From Myxococcota bacterium (lineage in GTDB: Bacteria > Myxococcota_A > Polyangia > Nannocystales > Nannocystaceae), in the NCBI GenBank assembly GCA_039028615.1, contig JBCCHT010000034.1, positions 64,001 to 128,000 of the forward strand: DNA of 64,000 nt, written 5' to 3'. A program made the translations under genes and the position numbers. How positions within the stretch are numbered: the first letter of the stretch is position 1; every line of letters begins with the position of its first letter. Below, piece after piece: positions 48,676 through 57,281 of this stretch. The notes under the pieces were generated by a model, which worked only from the letters and a program-made list of their open reading frames with translations, did not search any database and was not told where the DNA came from.

Positions 48676-50259
48676 TCAGCGGGCCGTCGACGGCATCAGG
48701 CGACGCAGCGGCTTGCGGAGCGGCGAGGGCAGCGACAGCAGGCTGCGCGAGCGAACGCTGGCCGCCGCGGCCTTGCCCGCGACGACGCCGGTCGCCAAGC
48801 TCGGCACCACCCCGGGCGAGAACACCCCCGCCCCCGCGAGGAACAGCCCGCCCACGGGGCCGGTGGGGCGGAAGCCACGGTGTCCGAACTGGGCCGGGAT
48901 GGCACTCGGCCCGTAGATGGCCCCGTCGGGTGAGCCGACGAAGTGCTGGTTGGTCAGCGGCGTGGCGACGTCCTTGATGGCAACGTCCCCCACCAGGCCG
49001 GGCCAGCGGCGCTCGACCGAGGCCATGAGCACGTCGGCGGCCTCGGACTTGAAGGCCTCGTAGCTCTCGCTGCGCTTGAGCGCCTTTTCGTTCTGCCAGG
49101 CGGCAAAGGGCTGGAAGGGCGCCAGCGTGACGATCTCGAGCGTCGAGCAGCCCTCGGGAGCCATGGTCCCAGTGTCGTCCTTGAGCGAGTTGGGCGACAG
49201 GAAGAAGCCGTAGTCGTCGGGCAGCGTGCCGTCGCAGGTGGGGCCGAAGACCGAGTCGATGTCCCAGCTCGGGTAGTCCCACACGTTGAAGGCCCCCATG
49301 CCGTGATCCCGGAGGTCGCGCTCGAGGCCGAGGAACACGCACAAGCTGGCCACCGAGGGCACCGTGCGTCGGACCTTGCGGACGAGCCGACGGGGCAGGT
49401 GCTCGTCGTCGATGAGCTTGCCGTAGGTGAGGGTGGGGTCGACGGCGGAGACGATGACGTCGGCCTCGATGAACTCGCCGTCGGCCAGGGTGACCCCGCG
49501 GACGCGACCGTTCTTCACCTCGATCTTGGCGACCTCGGCCCGACGGCGGTAGCTGGCCCCCATGGCGCGGCCCTTGTCGACCAGCGCATCGCGAAGGCTG
49601 CCGCTGCCGCCCCGCGGGAAGTAGGAGCCGTCGATGAAGTGCAGCACCAACGCGGCCCCGAGCACGGCGGGCGCTCGGCTGGGAGGCAGGCCGTAGTCGC
49701 CACACTGGGCGGCCATGACGGCGCGGATCTTGGGGTTCTTGAAGCTGCCCTCGAGCAGCTGCGAGAAGGTCTGCAGGTACCAGCGCGCGCTCAGGCCCGC
49801 CCCGCGCAGCTGAGCCAAGCCCAGCCCCATCTTCTTGCGCAGGCTCAGGGCGTGCACGTCGGCGAGCTTGTCGAAGAAGGCGTCGATCTCCCGGGTGTCG
49901 GCGGGGAAGGCCTCGTGCATGCGCGCCCGGAATCGATCGAGACCCTTGGGCACGCGCATCTCGAAGTCGGGGAAGCGAAAGACGTCGAAGCCGTCCGGGT
50001 CCATCTCGCAGAACAGCTCGGTCGCGTCGATGTCGAAGCGGCCCAGCACGCGGTTGAGCATGCCGCCCTCCCAGGCCGTGCCCACGTAGTGCACGCCCGG
50101 ATCGAAGTGGTACTTGCGACGCTTGAAGGGGTTGAGGAAGCCGCCGAGTTGCTTGGCGCGCTCGAGCGCCACGACCTCGAAGCCAGACTGCGCCAGAGTT
50201 GCCGCCGCCGTGAGCCCGCCGGCTCCCGTCCCGATCACCACTGCCTTGTTTGCTCGCAT
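48676..50259 (-). CDS. FAD-dependent oxidoreductase, phytoene dehydrogenase / retinol saturase family
   Basis: VIGTGAGGL, ERAKQLGG, FDPGVHY, YFPRGGS, ATPLT...GAIYG, GLFLAG. Confidence 0.88.
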   Translation of the reverse strand: MRANKAVVIGTGAGGLTAAATLAQSGFEVVALERAKQLGGFLNPFKRRKYHFDPGVHYVGTAWEGGMLNRVLGRFDIDATELFCEMDPDGFDVFRFPDFEMRVPKGLDRFRARMHEAFPADTREIDAFFDKLADVHALSLRKKMGLGLAQLRGAGLSARWYLQTFSQLLEGSFKNPKIRAVMAAQCGDYGLPPSRAPAVLGAALVLHFIDGSYFPRGGSGSLRDALVDKGRAMGASYRRRAEVAKIEVKNGRVRGVTLADGEFIEADVIVSAVDPTLTYGKLIDDEHLPRRLVRKVRRTVPSVASLCVFLGLERDLRDHGMGAFNVWDYPSWDIDSVFGPTCDGTLPDDYGFFLSPNSLKDDTGTMAPEGCSTLEIVTLAPFQPFAAWQNEKALKRSESYEAFKSEAADVLMASVERRWPGLVGDVAIKDVATPLTNQHFVGSPDGAIYGPSAIPAQFGHRGFRPTGPVGGLFLAGAGVFSPGVVPSLATGVVAGKAAAASVRSRSLLSLPSPLRKPLRRLMPSTAR

Positions 50260-50310
50260 TGGGTTGTGCCCTTCGCCTCGGTCCCGCGCGGCGGCGTGCT
50301 GTACGCCGAA

Positions 50311-50351
50311 CAAGTAACCCGCGGTAACTTGAAAGTGAACATTGCTTACAT
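50311..50351. promoter_or_regulatory. Imperfect palindromes between the divergent oxidoreductase and tetR genes; candidate TetR operator(s)
   Basis: CAAGTAACC-CGC-GGTAACTTG (50311-50331) and AAGTGAAC-ATT-GCTTACAT (50333-50351) in an AT-rich spacer. Confidence 0.45.
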
Positions 50352-50378
50352 CGACGGAATGTGCAACCCCTTTTGTCT

Positions 50379-51005
50379 GTGGGAGCCCGCTATCACCACG
50401 GTCGGCTGCGTGAGGCCCTGCTCGAGGCCTCTCGCGAGATCTTGGGCGAATCCGGGGCCCGGGCGCTGTCGCTGCGGGAAGCCGCTCGCCGCGCAGGCGT
50501 CAGCTCGGCCGCGCCCTACCGCCACTTCCAAGACAAGGGCGCGCTGCTGGTGGCGCTGGCGCATGCGGCCTTCACTCGGCTGGATGCGCAGCTGGACGAG
50601 GTCGCCCGCGCCAACGCCGACAGCCCCGCGCTCGAGCGAGTGCAGCGGCTGGGCGTGACCTACGTCGGCTTCGCGGCGCAGCACCCCGCGGAGTTTCGCC
50701 TGATGTTCGGCGAGCTCGCGCCCGCGGCGGACAGCTCACCCGAGCTGGCGGCCATCACCGCTTCGACCGCGTCGCATCTGCCGCGAGCGCTGGCCGACCT
50801 CCGCTTCGAACACGACTCGGAATCACCGCCGCTGCAGGAACTCACGCTGCTGGCGTGGTCGATCGTCCACGGGCTCTCCACGCTGTGGCTGGACGGGCAC
50901 CTGCAACGCTTCGGAGACCACGGCGTCGAACTCGTGACCGAGCAGATCACCAGCGTGTTGGTCGCCGCTCTACAGGGCCGCATTCGCACCAAAGCTCCCG
51001 GCTAG
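50379..51005 (+). CDS. TetR/AcrR-family regulator (WHG-type C-terminus)
   Basis: YHHGRLREALL, LSLREAARRAGVSSAAPYRHF.DK, AWSIVHGLSTL. Confidence 0.92.
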   Translation: MGARYHHGRLREALLEASREILGESGARALSLREAARRAGVSSAAPYRHFQDKGALLVALAHAAFTRLDAQLDEVARANADSPALERVQRLGVTYVGFAAQHPAEFRLMFGELAPAADSSPELAAITASTASHLPRALADLRFEHDSESPPLQELTLLAWSIVHGLSTLWLDGHLQRFGDHGVELVTEQITSVLVAALQGRIRTKAPG

Positions 51006-51030
51006 ACGATGATGTAGAGTCCGCCGGCCC

Positions 51031-51648
51031 ATGGTTCCCACGCCGCCTGCACGCACGCCCGACGGGACCCTCGAGGTCGTCACCACGCACCTCGAACTGC
51101 GCCAGCAACCGCGACCCCTCCGCGTCTCGATCCTCAGCCGGACGCTCGCGGTGGTCCACGCGCAACGCTTCCCCCTGCACCTTTATCGCTACCTCTACGA
51201 CACGGTCGGCGCGCCCTACCTGTGGTGGGAGCGACGGGAGATGGACGACCAGGAGCTGGCGGCGATCGTGCTCGACGAGCGGGTCGAGCTGCACCTGCTT
51301 CAGGTCGATGGCGTCCCGGCCGGCTTCGCCGAGCTCGATCGGCGCAACCCGGATCACGTGGTGCTGGCCAACTTCGGGCTGATGCCCGACTACCTGGGGC
51401 AAGGGCTCGGCCTGCACTTCCTCGGCCGCGTGGTCGACATCGCGTGGCGTGACGAGCAGGTGCAGCGGGTCACCGTCACCGTGGCCTCGACCGACCACCC
51501 CCGGGCGCTGCTCATCCACCAGCGCATCGGTTTTCAGGCCTACAACGAGGTTCGCGAGCAGATCGAGGACCCCCGCGGCCGTGGTCTGTTCCCCGAGCTC
51601 GACGAAGACGCGCCGGCCAACACCGGCCCTTCGCCCGCGCAAAGCTGA
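51031..51648 (+). CDS. GNAT-family acetyltransferase
   Basis: YRYLYDTVGAPYLW, PAGFAEL, FGLMPDYLGQGLG, DHPRAL...GF. Confidence 0.85.
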   Translation: MVPTPPARTPDGTLEVVTTHLELRQQPRPLRVSILSRTLAVVHAQRFPLHLYRYLYDTVGAPYLWWERREMDDQELAAIVLDERVELHLLQVDGVPAGFAELDRRNPDHVVLANFGLMPDYLGQGLGLHFLGRVVDIAWRDEQVQRVTVTVASTDHPRALLIHQRIGFQAYNEVREQIEDPRGRGLFPELDEDAPANTGPSPAQS

Positions 51649-51652
51649 AACG

Positions 51653-51677
51653 AAACCGTACAATCGTACGGTTTTTT
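51653..51677 (+). terminator. Intrinsic terminator after tetR-GNAT (alternatively a palindromic operator)
   Basis: AAACCGTAC-AATC-GTACGGTTT running into a T6 tract, 4 nt after the stop codon. Confidence 0.6.
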
Positions 51678-51799
51678 CAAAGCTATTGAACCCGCCTCTC
51701 TGGCGGTGACCAGACCCGCGTGGCCGCGCCTTGTGGCGCGAAGAATCCGCGTGATAGCTCAATGATGCGGTCGATGACCGCGTGCGGATGGAGCGGGTG

Positions 51800-52906
51800 A
51801 TGGAATACGGCATTGCGAAACGAGGCGTGGTTTGGGGTCTGGGGACCCTGTTGGTGCTGGCGGGCTGCGGGACCGAAGACCCCGACGACGGCATGAGCAG
51901 CGCCGCGGGTGCCTCCGGCGGCGACGCCAACGACGACGCCGATGCTCCGGCGACCGGCGACGAGCCGGGGGACGGGACCGGCTCGCCCGCGACCACCGAC
52001 GCCGCGGAGACCGACGCCAACGACGACGACCCCCCCGGCGACGAGACCGACGGCGACGACGAGGGCACCGACGACGGAAGCACGGGCGAGCCGGGCGACG
52101 ACACCGGAGTCTCGGAGGAGCCGGGGCCCGACCTGCGCGAGGCCGGACCGTTCTCCGTCGACGTCACTACGGGCAACGCTCCGCTGTCGACCGGCTGCTC
52201 GATGAACTACGACCTGTACGCGCCCGCGGGAGAAGCCGATGCCCCGGTGGTCGTGCTCGCGCACGGGTTCATGGGCAACCGCGCCTCGATGGCCGGCTGG
52301 GCCGATCACTGGGCCAGCTGGGGCCTCACCGTGGTCGCCCCCGACTTGTGCCACGCCACCATCCTCGATGCCGACCACCCGCAAAACGGCGACGACCTGC
52401 GAGCGCTGGTCACCGAGCTCGACCTGGGCGGGGTGATCTACGCGGGGTACTCCGCGGGCGGTCTCGCGGCGGTGCTCGCCGCGGCCCAAGACGACCAGAC
52501 GGTCGCACTGCTCGGCCTGGACATGGTCGACAACAGCGGGCAGGGAGCGGCCGCGGCCGCGAACATCGACGTGCCCGCGTTCGCCATCGCGGGCGAGCCC
52601 TCGAGCTGCAACGAGAGCAGCAACGGCCCTCCCATCTTCCTGTCGACGCCGCAGGGCCTGGCGCTTCGCATCACCGAGGCCGACCATTGCGACTTCCAGA
52701 GCCCGGCCGACTTCCTGTGTGGCCTGACCTGCTCGGGCACCAACAACCAGTTCGACGACGCCTCGATCCAGGCGGCCGTGCGGGGCCTATCGACCGCGGT
52801 GGTCACCTGGCACTCGGGCGTCGAGCCCACCGGGACCCAGTGGTGGACCCCGGGCGCGCCCTACTACGAAGAGCTGTTCGACCTGGGCATCGTGCAGGTG
52901 CCGTAG
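51800..52906 (+). CDS. Lipoprotein alpha/beta hydrolase (chlorophyllase/cutinase-like)
   Basis: Lipobox LAGC, acidic linker, GPFSV, VVLAHGF, WASWG, nucleophile elbow GYSAGG, ADHCDF. Confidence 0.82.
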   Translation: MEYGIAKRGVVWGLGTLLVLAGCGTEDPDDGMSSAAGASGGDANDDADAPATGDEPGDGTGSPATTDAAETDANDDDPPGDETDGDDEGTDDGSTGEPGDDTGVSEEPGPDLREAGPFSVDVTTGNAPLSTGCSMNYDLYAPAGEADAPVVVLAHGFMGNRASMAGWADHWASWGLTVVAPDLCHATILDADHPQNGDDLRALVTELDLGGVIYAGYSAGGLAAVLAAAQDDQTVALLGLDMVDNSGQGAAAAANIDVPAFAIAGEPSSCNESSNGPPIFLSTPQGLALRITEADHCDFQSPADFLCGLTCSGTNNQFDDASIQAAVRGLSTAVVTWHSGVEPTGTQWWTPGAPYYEELFDLGIVQVP

Positions 52907-52909
52907 CTC

Positions 52910-53329
52910 CTAGGGCCGCGGCGCATCGCGATAGGTGAGGACCGCGACCTGGTCGGGGTCCTCCCACTTGATCTTGCCGGGCACGCGGTCGGTGCGGCGC
53001 TCCACGATGGGGATGCCAGTGCCGCGCACGAGCTCGGCCAACCGACGCGCCTGCTCCACGCAGACCTCGGCCTCGGCGCGGAACCAAAACCGCTCGTGAT
53101 CGAGGCCGTCGTCGGGCGCGTCGAGTTCGTCGTAGAACCAGTCGAGGATCTCGTCGAGTTCCTCCTCTTCGCTCGTAGACAACTTCGGCCGGACGTCGGA
53201 GATATACGAGAACACGCCGTAGGGCTCCGACTCGTGCTCGAAGCGGATCCACGCCGTGGTCGTGCGGAGAGCAAGCGGCTCGGGCAGCGTGCGCCCGAGG
53301 TTTCGGAGGTAGCGCTTGCGGCGGGACAT
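52910..53329 (-). CDS. Hypothetical protein
   Basis: Intact ORF filling the gap; GC3-rich codons; LDWFYDELDAP...FWF...PGKIKWEDPDQVAV. Confidence 0.65.
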   Translation of the reverse strand: MSRRKRYLRNLGRTLPEPLALRTTTAWIRFEHESEPYGVFSYISDVRPKLSTSEEEELDEILDWFYDELDAPDDGLDHERFWFRAEAEVCVEQARRLAELVRGTGIPIVERRTDRVPGKIKWEDPDQVAVLTYRDAPRP

Positions 53330-53347
53330 CGAGCCGCCAGTATAGCG

Positions 53348-54475
53348 CTACGGGCTCCAGCAGCTCGTTGCCGCGGGGTCGTGGTGGATGTGCACGGGCT
53401 CGCCGCACGCGGTCATGCCCGCGTGGTCGTTGGCCACGACACACGCCTCGGTCGCGCCGGGGTCCCGCTGAAACTCGAGGGTGTAGGACCAGTGCCCCCA
53501 CACGTTCACGCTGGGGATGTTGCAGTAGTTGCACCCGTCGTTGTTCGTCTCCCACCAACCGGTCGTCAGCTCGGTGGCGATGTCCGAGGCGGCCCCGTCG
53601 ATGTTCGCCTCCAGCACGAACAAGCCGTGATCGGAGATCGGCCAGTAGTTGAAGACCATGCCGTGCCCATCGGGTCCGGTGACGATCTGCGTGGGCAGGG
53701 GCTGCTCGCCCTGGTTGTAGATGGACTCGGAGTCGGTGCTGTCCACCGGACGTAGCGCCACGGGCACGCCTTCCATGCCGACGCCGTCTTCGTCGCGAAC
53801 CCATACGTGCAGCTCGTTGCCGTAGGTGGGCTGCTCGGCGCAGGTCCACTGGTGGTTGGCGCGGACCTTGAAGATGCCGCCGTCGATCGGAGGCCCCACC
53901 GGGCGCGGGGTGACCTCGATCTCGGCGCTGGCCTCGGTGGCCCCGTCGATGATGCTGCGCAAACACAGGCCCCCGAGCGGGACCTCGGCAATCGCGTAGT
54001 AGTACAGCGCCTCGCCGCCTTGGATCGTCGAGGGGCTCAGCGTGCGGGTGCCGTTGCGATCGACGACCTCGAGGTCCATCGGCGGGGCGTCGGTACGCGA
54101 GGTGCCGTTGGTGGCGCGAACGATGACGCTGAGGGTGTCGCCCGGGTGCGGGTCCGCCGGATCGAAGAGCACCTGGGCATCGAGTACCGGAGAGTCGGCC
54201 GCGACCGCGTCGCAGTCGAAGGGCGGCAGCGGCTCCCCCGTGCTGCCGTCCTGGCTCCCCGATTCCTCGGCCTGCCCGGTCGAGTCGGTCGACTCCATCG
54301 CGTCGGTGTCATCGGGAACCGACGCTTCACCGCCCGAGCTCGAGCCCGGCCCCCACGAGGCACCCAGACCCTGCGATCCAAAGCTCGCCCCCGCGCCGGG
54401 CTCGGCAACACAGCCCAGCCCGAGCGACACCCCCAGCAGCATCCATCTCCATCGCAACCACGAACGCACGCGCAT
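53348..54475 (-). CDS. Hypothetical Cys-containing lipoprotein with beta-rich (Ig-like) segments
   Basis: Lipobox GLGC, Ser/Thr/Asp linker, beta-strand-like segments, CNYC. Confidence 0.7.
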   Translation of the reverse strand: MRVRSWLRWRWMLLGVSLGLGCVAEPGAGASFGSQGLGASWGPGSSSGGEASVPDDTDAMESTDSTGQAEESGSQDGSTGEPLPPFDCDAVAADSPVLDAQVLFDPADPHPGDTLSVIVRATNGTSRTDAPPMDLEVVDRNGTRTLSPSTIQGGEALYYYAIAEVPLGGLCLRSIIDGATEASAEIEVTPRPVGPPIDGGIFKVRANHQWTCAEQPTYGNELHVWVRDEDGVGMEGVPVALRPVDSTDSESIYNQGEQPLPTQIVTGPDGHGMVFNYWPISDHGLFVLEANIDGAASDIATELTTGWWETNNDGCNYCNIPSVNVWGHWSYTLEFQRDPGATEACVVANDHAGMTACGEPVHIHHDPAATSCWSP

Positions 54476-54547
54476 GGACCCCCCGCGGCATCAGTTGCCG
54501 CGGAGCGCCGATGGTTCACGGAGGATCGAAGACGGCCCGACGAAGGC

Positions 54548-55570
54548 TCAGCCCGCGGCGTCGGCGCTGGCCGCCACCTCGTCGCCGCCCTCTTTGGCCT
54601 CGTCCTCGGCCGTGGGCGGCGGGGTCTTGCGGACCTCGACCGAGCCGTGCTCGGCCATCATGCGGTCCCACAGCGATTCCTCGGTGCGCAGGCCCAGCTC
54701 GGTGAGCACCAGGGGCCGCTTGAGCTGCGCCTTGCGGAAGACGGCGGGCGGCGCATCGGGCTGCTCGGGGTCGATGTCCTTGATGGTGAGCTGCTCGCTC
54801 ACCGAGACCTCGCCCTCCTCGAAGTCGAAGCTGCGCACGAGCTCGAAGCGACGGATGATGCCGCCGTCGCGCTTCATCTCGGACTCGCGAGACAGCGGGA
54901 AGGTGGCCGCACCGAGGCAGGCCTCGGTGTCGTCGTCGATGAGGGGCCGCTCGGTGAAGCGGTTGCCGTTCATCGGCACCAGGCGCATCACCCGGGCGCA
55001 CTTTTTGGGGTCGTCGGGCTCGCAGACCATGCTGTCGACGACCAGCACCGTGGTCTCGCCCATGGGCTCGAGCCGCATGCGCACACGGTTGGGGTTGGCC
55101 CGCAGCGCCCCGATGGCCCGGATGGCGATGCCGTTGGGGCGGAACTCGGCGATGGCGATGGGCCCGAGCGCGTCGCCGTCTTCGAAGTAGTCGGTGCGCG
55201 CCCACACCAGCGCCTTGCCGTCGTCGAGACCGGTGATCTCGAGGTCCTTCTCGCCGTCGAGCGCTCGCGGGTCGAGCACGGGCGAGGGGTTCTCCGGGGT
55301 GATGCAGGAGGCGACGACCTCGTCCTCGATCTCGAGCGGCTTGCCCGTGCAGTCCTTGAGGGGCCGCGCCGCCTCGCCCGTCTTGGCGTTGAAGCTCTTG
55401 AGGATGAGCGCGAACCACACCTCGGGGGGCACGTTCTGGCTCTGGGTCTCCTCGGCCTCGCCGCCCTCGACCTCCGAGGCGCACACGGGCATCGGCCCGT
55501 CCACGGTCTTCTTGCACCCGAGGGGAGCCAACAGGCCCATGCCGAGCAACGCTGCCGTCTGGAGTCTCAC
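54548..55570 (-). CDS. Hypothetical lipoprotein downstream of tagH
   Basis: MRLQTAALLGMGLLAPLGC lipobox; acidic, with paired cysteines. Start uncertain. Confidence 0.7.
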   Translation of the reverse strand: MRLQTAALLGMGLLAPLGCKKTVDGPMPVCASEVEGGEAEETQSQNVPPEVWFALILKSFNAKTGEAARPLKDCTGKPLEIEDEVVASCITPENPSPVLDPRALDGEKDLEITGLDDGKALVWARTDYFEDGDALGPIAIAEFRPNGIAIRAIGALRANPNRVRMRLEPMGETTVLVVDSMVCEPDDPKKCARVMRLVPMNGNRFTERPLIDDDTEACLGAATFPLSRESEMKRDGGIIRRFELVRSFDFEEGEVSVSEQLTIKDIDPEQPDAPPAVFRKAQLKRPLVLTELGLRTEESLWDRMMAEHGSVEVRKTPPPTAEDEAKEGGDEVAASADAAG

Positions 55571-55684
55571 GACAAGCTTCTTACCCCAAACGGCCGAGGA
55601 CAGCGACCCCACCTCGGGCACGGATCGAGCCCATCGGGGCGCGTGCGGGCGATTCGCGGCGGCGCAGCGGCGATCGAGGGCGGC

Positions 55685-57079
55685 TCAGCCCCCGGCCCCT
55701 TCGCCGCCCACCTCGGCGTATGCGCGGGCGAACTCGGGGCCGAACACGTGTTCGGTGATGTTCCGATCGGCCTCGGTGAGCTCTTCGTAGCGCTGCACGA
55801 AGGCCTTCCAGGCCGACGCGCCGCGGCTGCCCCACGCGCTCGAAACCCCGCGCTCGATCTCGGCCGGATCGAGGCGCGCGAGCAAGCTCCGCACGCCTTC
55901 CATCACGCCGTTGATGAGCGCGACCTGGTGGATCATCAGGTCCGCGTAGACGCCGGTCAGCTCCTGCGTGCGGTGGGGCCCGCCCTTTTGCCAGTCGAGC
56001 AGGTACTTCAGGACGTTCTCCGGCGTGCCCGCGGCATGCAGCGGCGTGAACTCCTTGATGGTGCGGACGCCCATCTCGCGACCGAACTGCTCCTGGCCCT
56101 TTTGCAGCTCGACGAAGGCCTTGGCGCTCGCCTGCAGCACGTCGCCCACGCAGGCCAAGAAGCGCTCGGCGTCCTCGGAGCTGCGGGGCACCTCTTCGTC
56201 GGGGCTCATGGTCTGGCTCAGCCGCTGCACCGCGGACATGCCTTCGCCCTCGCCTCCACCACCGCCGCTCGCCCCGGGCACGTTGGCCCCGAGCTGACGG
56301 GCGAAGCCCACGAACTCTTTTTCGTCGGCCAGGGCCGGGAACTCGCGGGCCAGCACCGACACCGCGAACTCGTGCAGCGACGGGTGCATGCCCTGCAGCG
56401 CAGACTGCAGCGCGTTGCCGACCTGCGACCACGACTGCCGGTACACGTCGTAGAGCGGACGCACCTGCTGGATCGCATGGTGCACGTCGGACATCTGCAC
56501 GTGCGCCGTGCCGGGCCCGGACGCGGGCACGGGCTGCGAAGGGCCGCGATCGATCGAGCCCTGCATCGCGTTGCCGGCATGGCCGTACACGGGCGCAGGC
56601 GGTTGGTGCTGACCGAGCGCGGGCCCGGGAGGCTGCGGCATCGGTGGTTGATGAATCGGCGCCGGCGGAACCGATTGCGGAGCCTGGTGTGGGACCTGCG
56701 GCGGATACCCGGTGGGCGGCGCCACCGAAGGGGCCGGAGCAGCTTCGTAGCCCGAGGGGTAGATCTGCGAGACGTCGGCGCGATTGAAGCGGAGCTCCAG
56801 CTTACCGATGGTCACCGACAACATGTCGCCGACCACCACCGCCTCGCCCGCTTGGATCTTGCGCCCGTTGAGCAGCGTGCCGTTGGTCGAGCCGAGGTCG
56901 AAGAACTTGGCCTGCCCGTCATCGAAACGCACGACCGCGTGCCAGCCCGAGACGAACGGGAACGGCAGCGGAAGGTCGTTGAGCGGATTGCGCCCGATTC
57001 GGACGGGCGACGAGCCAAACGTATGGTCTGCCGTCGTCCCCGCCTCGGAGTCGAACACGGTGATCACCACGGGCCGCAT
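55685..57079 (-). CDS. tagH: Type VI secretion-associated FHA domain protein
   Basis: FHA motifs IGRN, VSGWHA, DLGSTNGT; Pro/Gln linker; TagH-type C-terminus DLMIHQVALINGVMEGVRSLLARLDPAEIE...FGPEFARAY. Confidence 0.85.
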   Translation of the reverse strand: MRPVVITVFDSEAGTTADHTFGSSPVRIGRNPLNDLPLPFPFVSGWHAVVRFDDGQAKFFDLGSTNGTLLNGRKIQAGEAVVVGDMLSVTIGKLELRFNRADVSQIYPSGYEAAPAPSVAPPTGYPPQVPHQAPQSVPPAPIHQPPMPQPPGPALGQHQPPAPVYGHAGNAMQGSIDRGPSQPVPASGPGTAHVQMSDVHHAIQQVRPLYDVYRQSWSQVGNALQSALQGMHPSLHEFAVSVLAREFPALADEKEFVGFARQLGANVPGASGGGGGEGEGMSAVQRLSQTMSPDEEVPRSSEDAERFLACVGDVLQASAKAFVELQKGQEQFGREMGVRTIKEFTPLHAAGTPENVLKYLLDWQKGGPHRTQELTGVYADLMIHQVALINGVMEGVRSLLARLDPAEIERGVSSAWGSRGASAWKAFVQRYEELTEADRNITEHVFGPEFARAYAEVGGEGAGG

Positions 57080-57225
57080 GGACGCACGATGCCCCGGCTT
57101 CGGGCCGGAGGTGGATGGGAGCGTAACACGGGCCCCAAAACAACAACCACGGTCCAGCGGTTCAGGCCCGGCGACCGTGTAGCCGGCCGTCCTGCGCCTC
57201 GATCACATAGCGCGAATGCCGCCCG

Positions 57226-57234
57226 TGCTAGGAT
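57226..57234 (+). promoter_or_regulatory. Candidate extended -10 element for the 57282-62430 operon
   Basis: TGcTAGGAT about 48 nt upstream of ATG 57282. Confidence 0.3.
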
Positions 57235-57281
57235 GAAGGTTCGCTGTCGCGGGAACGCGCAGCGCCGGTGCTCGTGCGGTC

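Noticed and set aside
48676..50259. crtI / carotenoid biosynthesis cluster
   Set aside because: No crtB/crtE neighbours; solitary and divergent from a TetR gene, so only a family-level call is justified.
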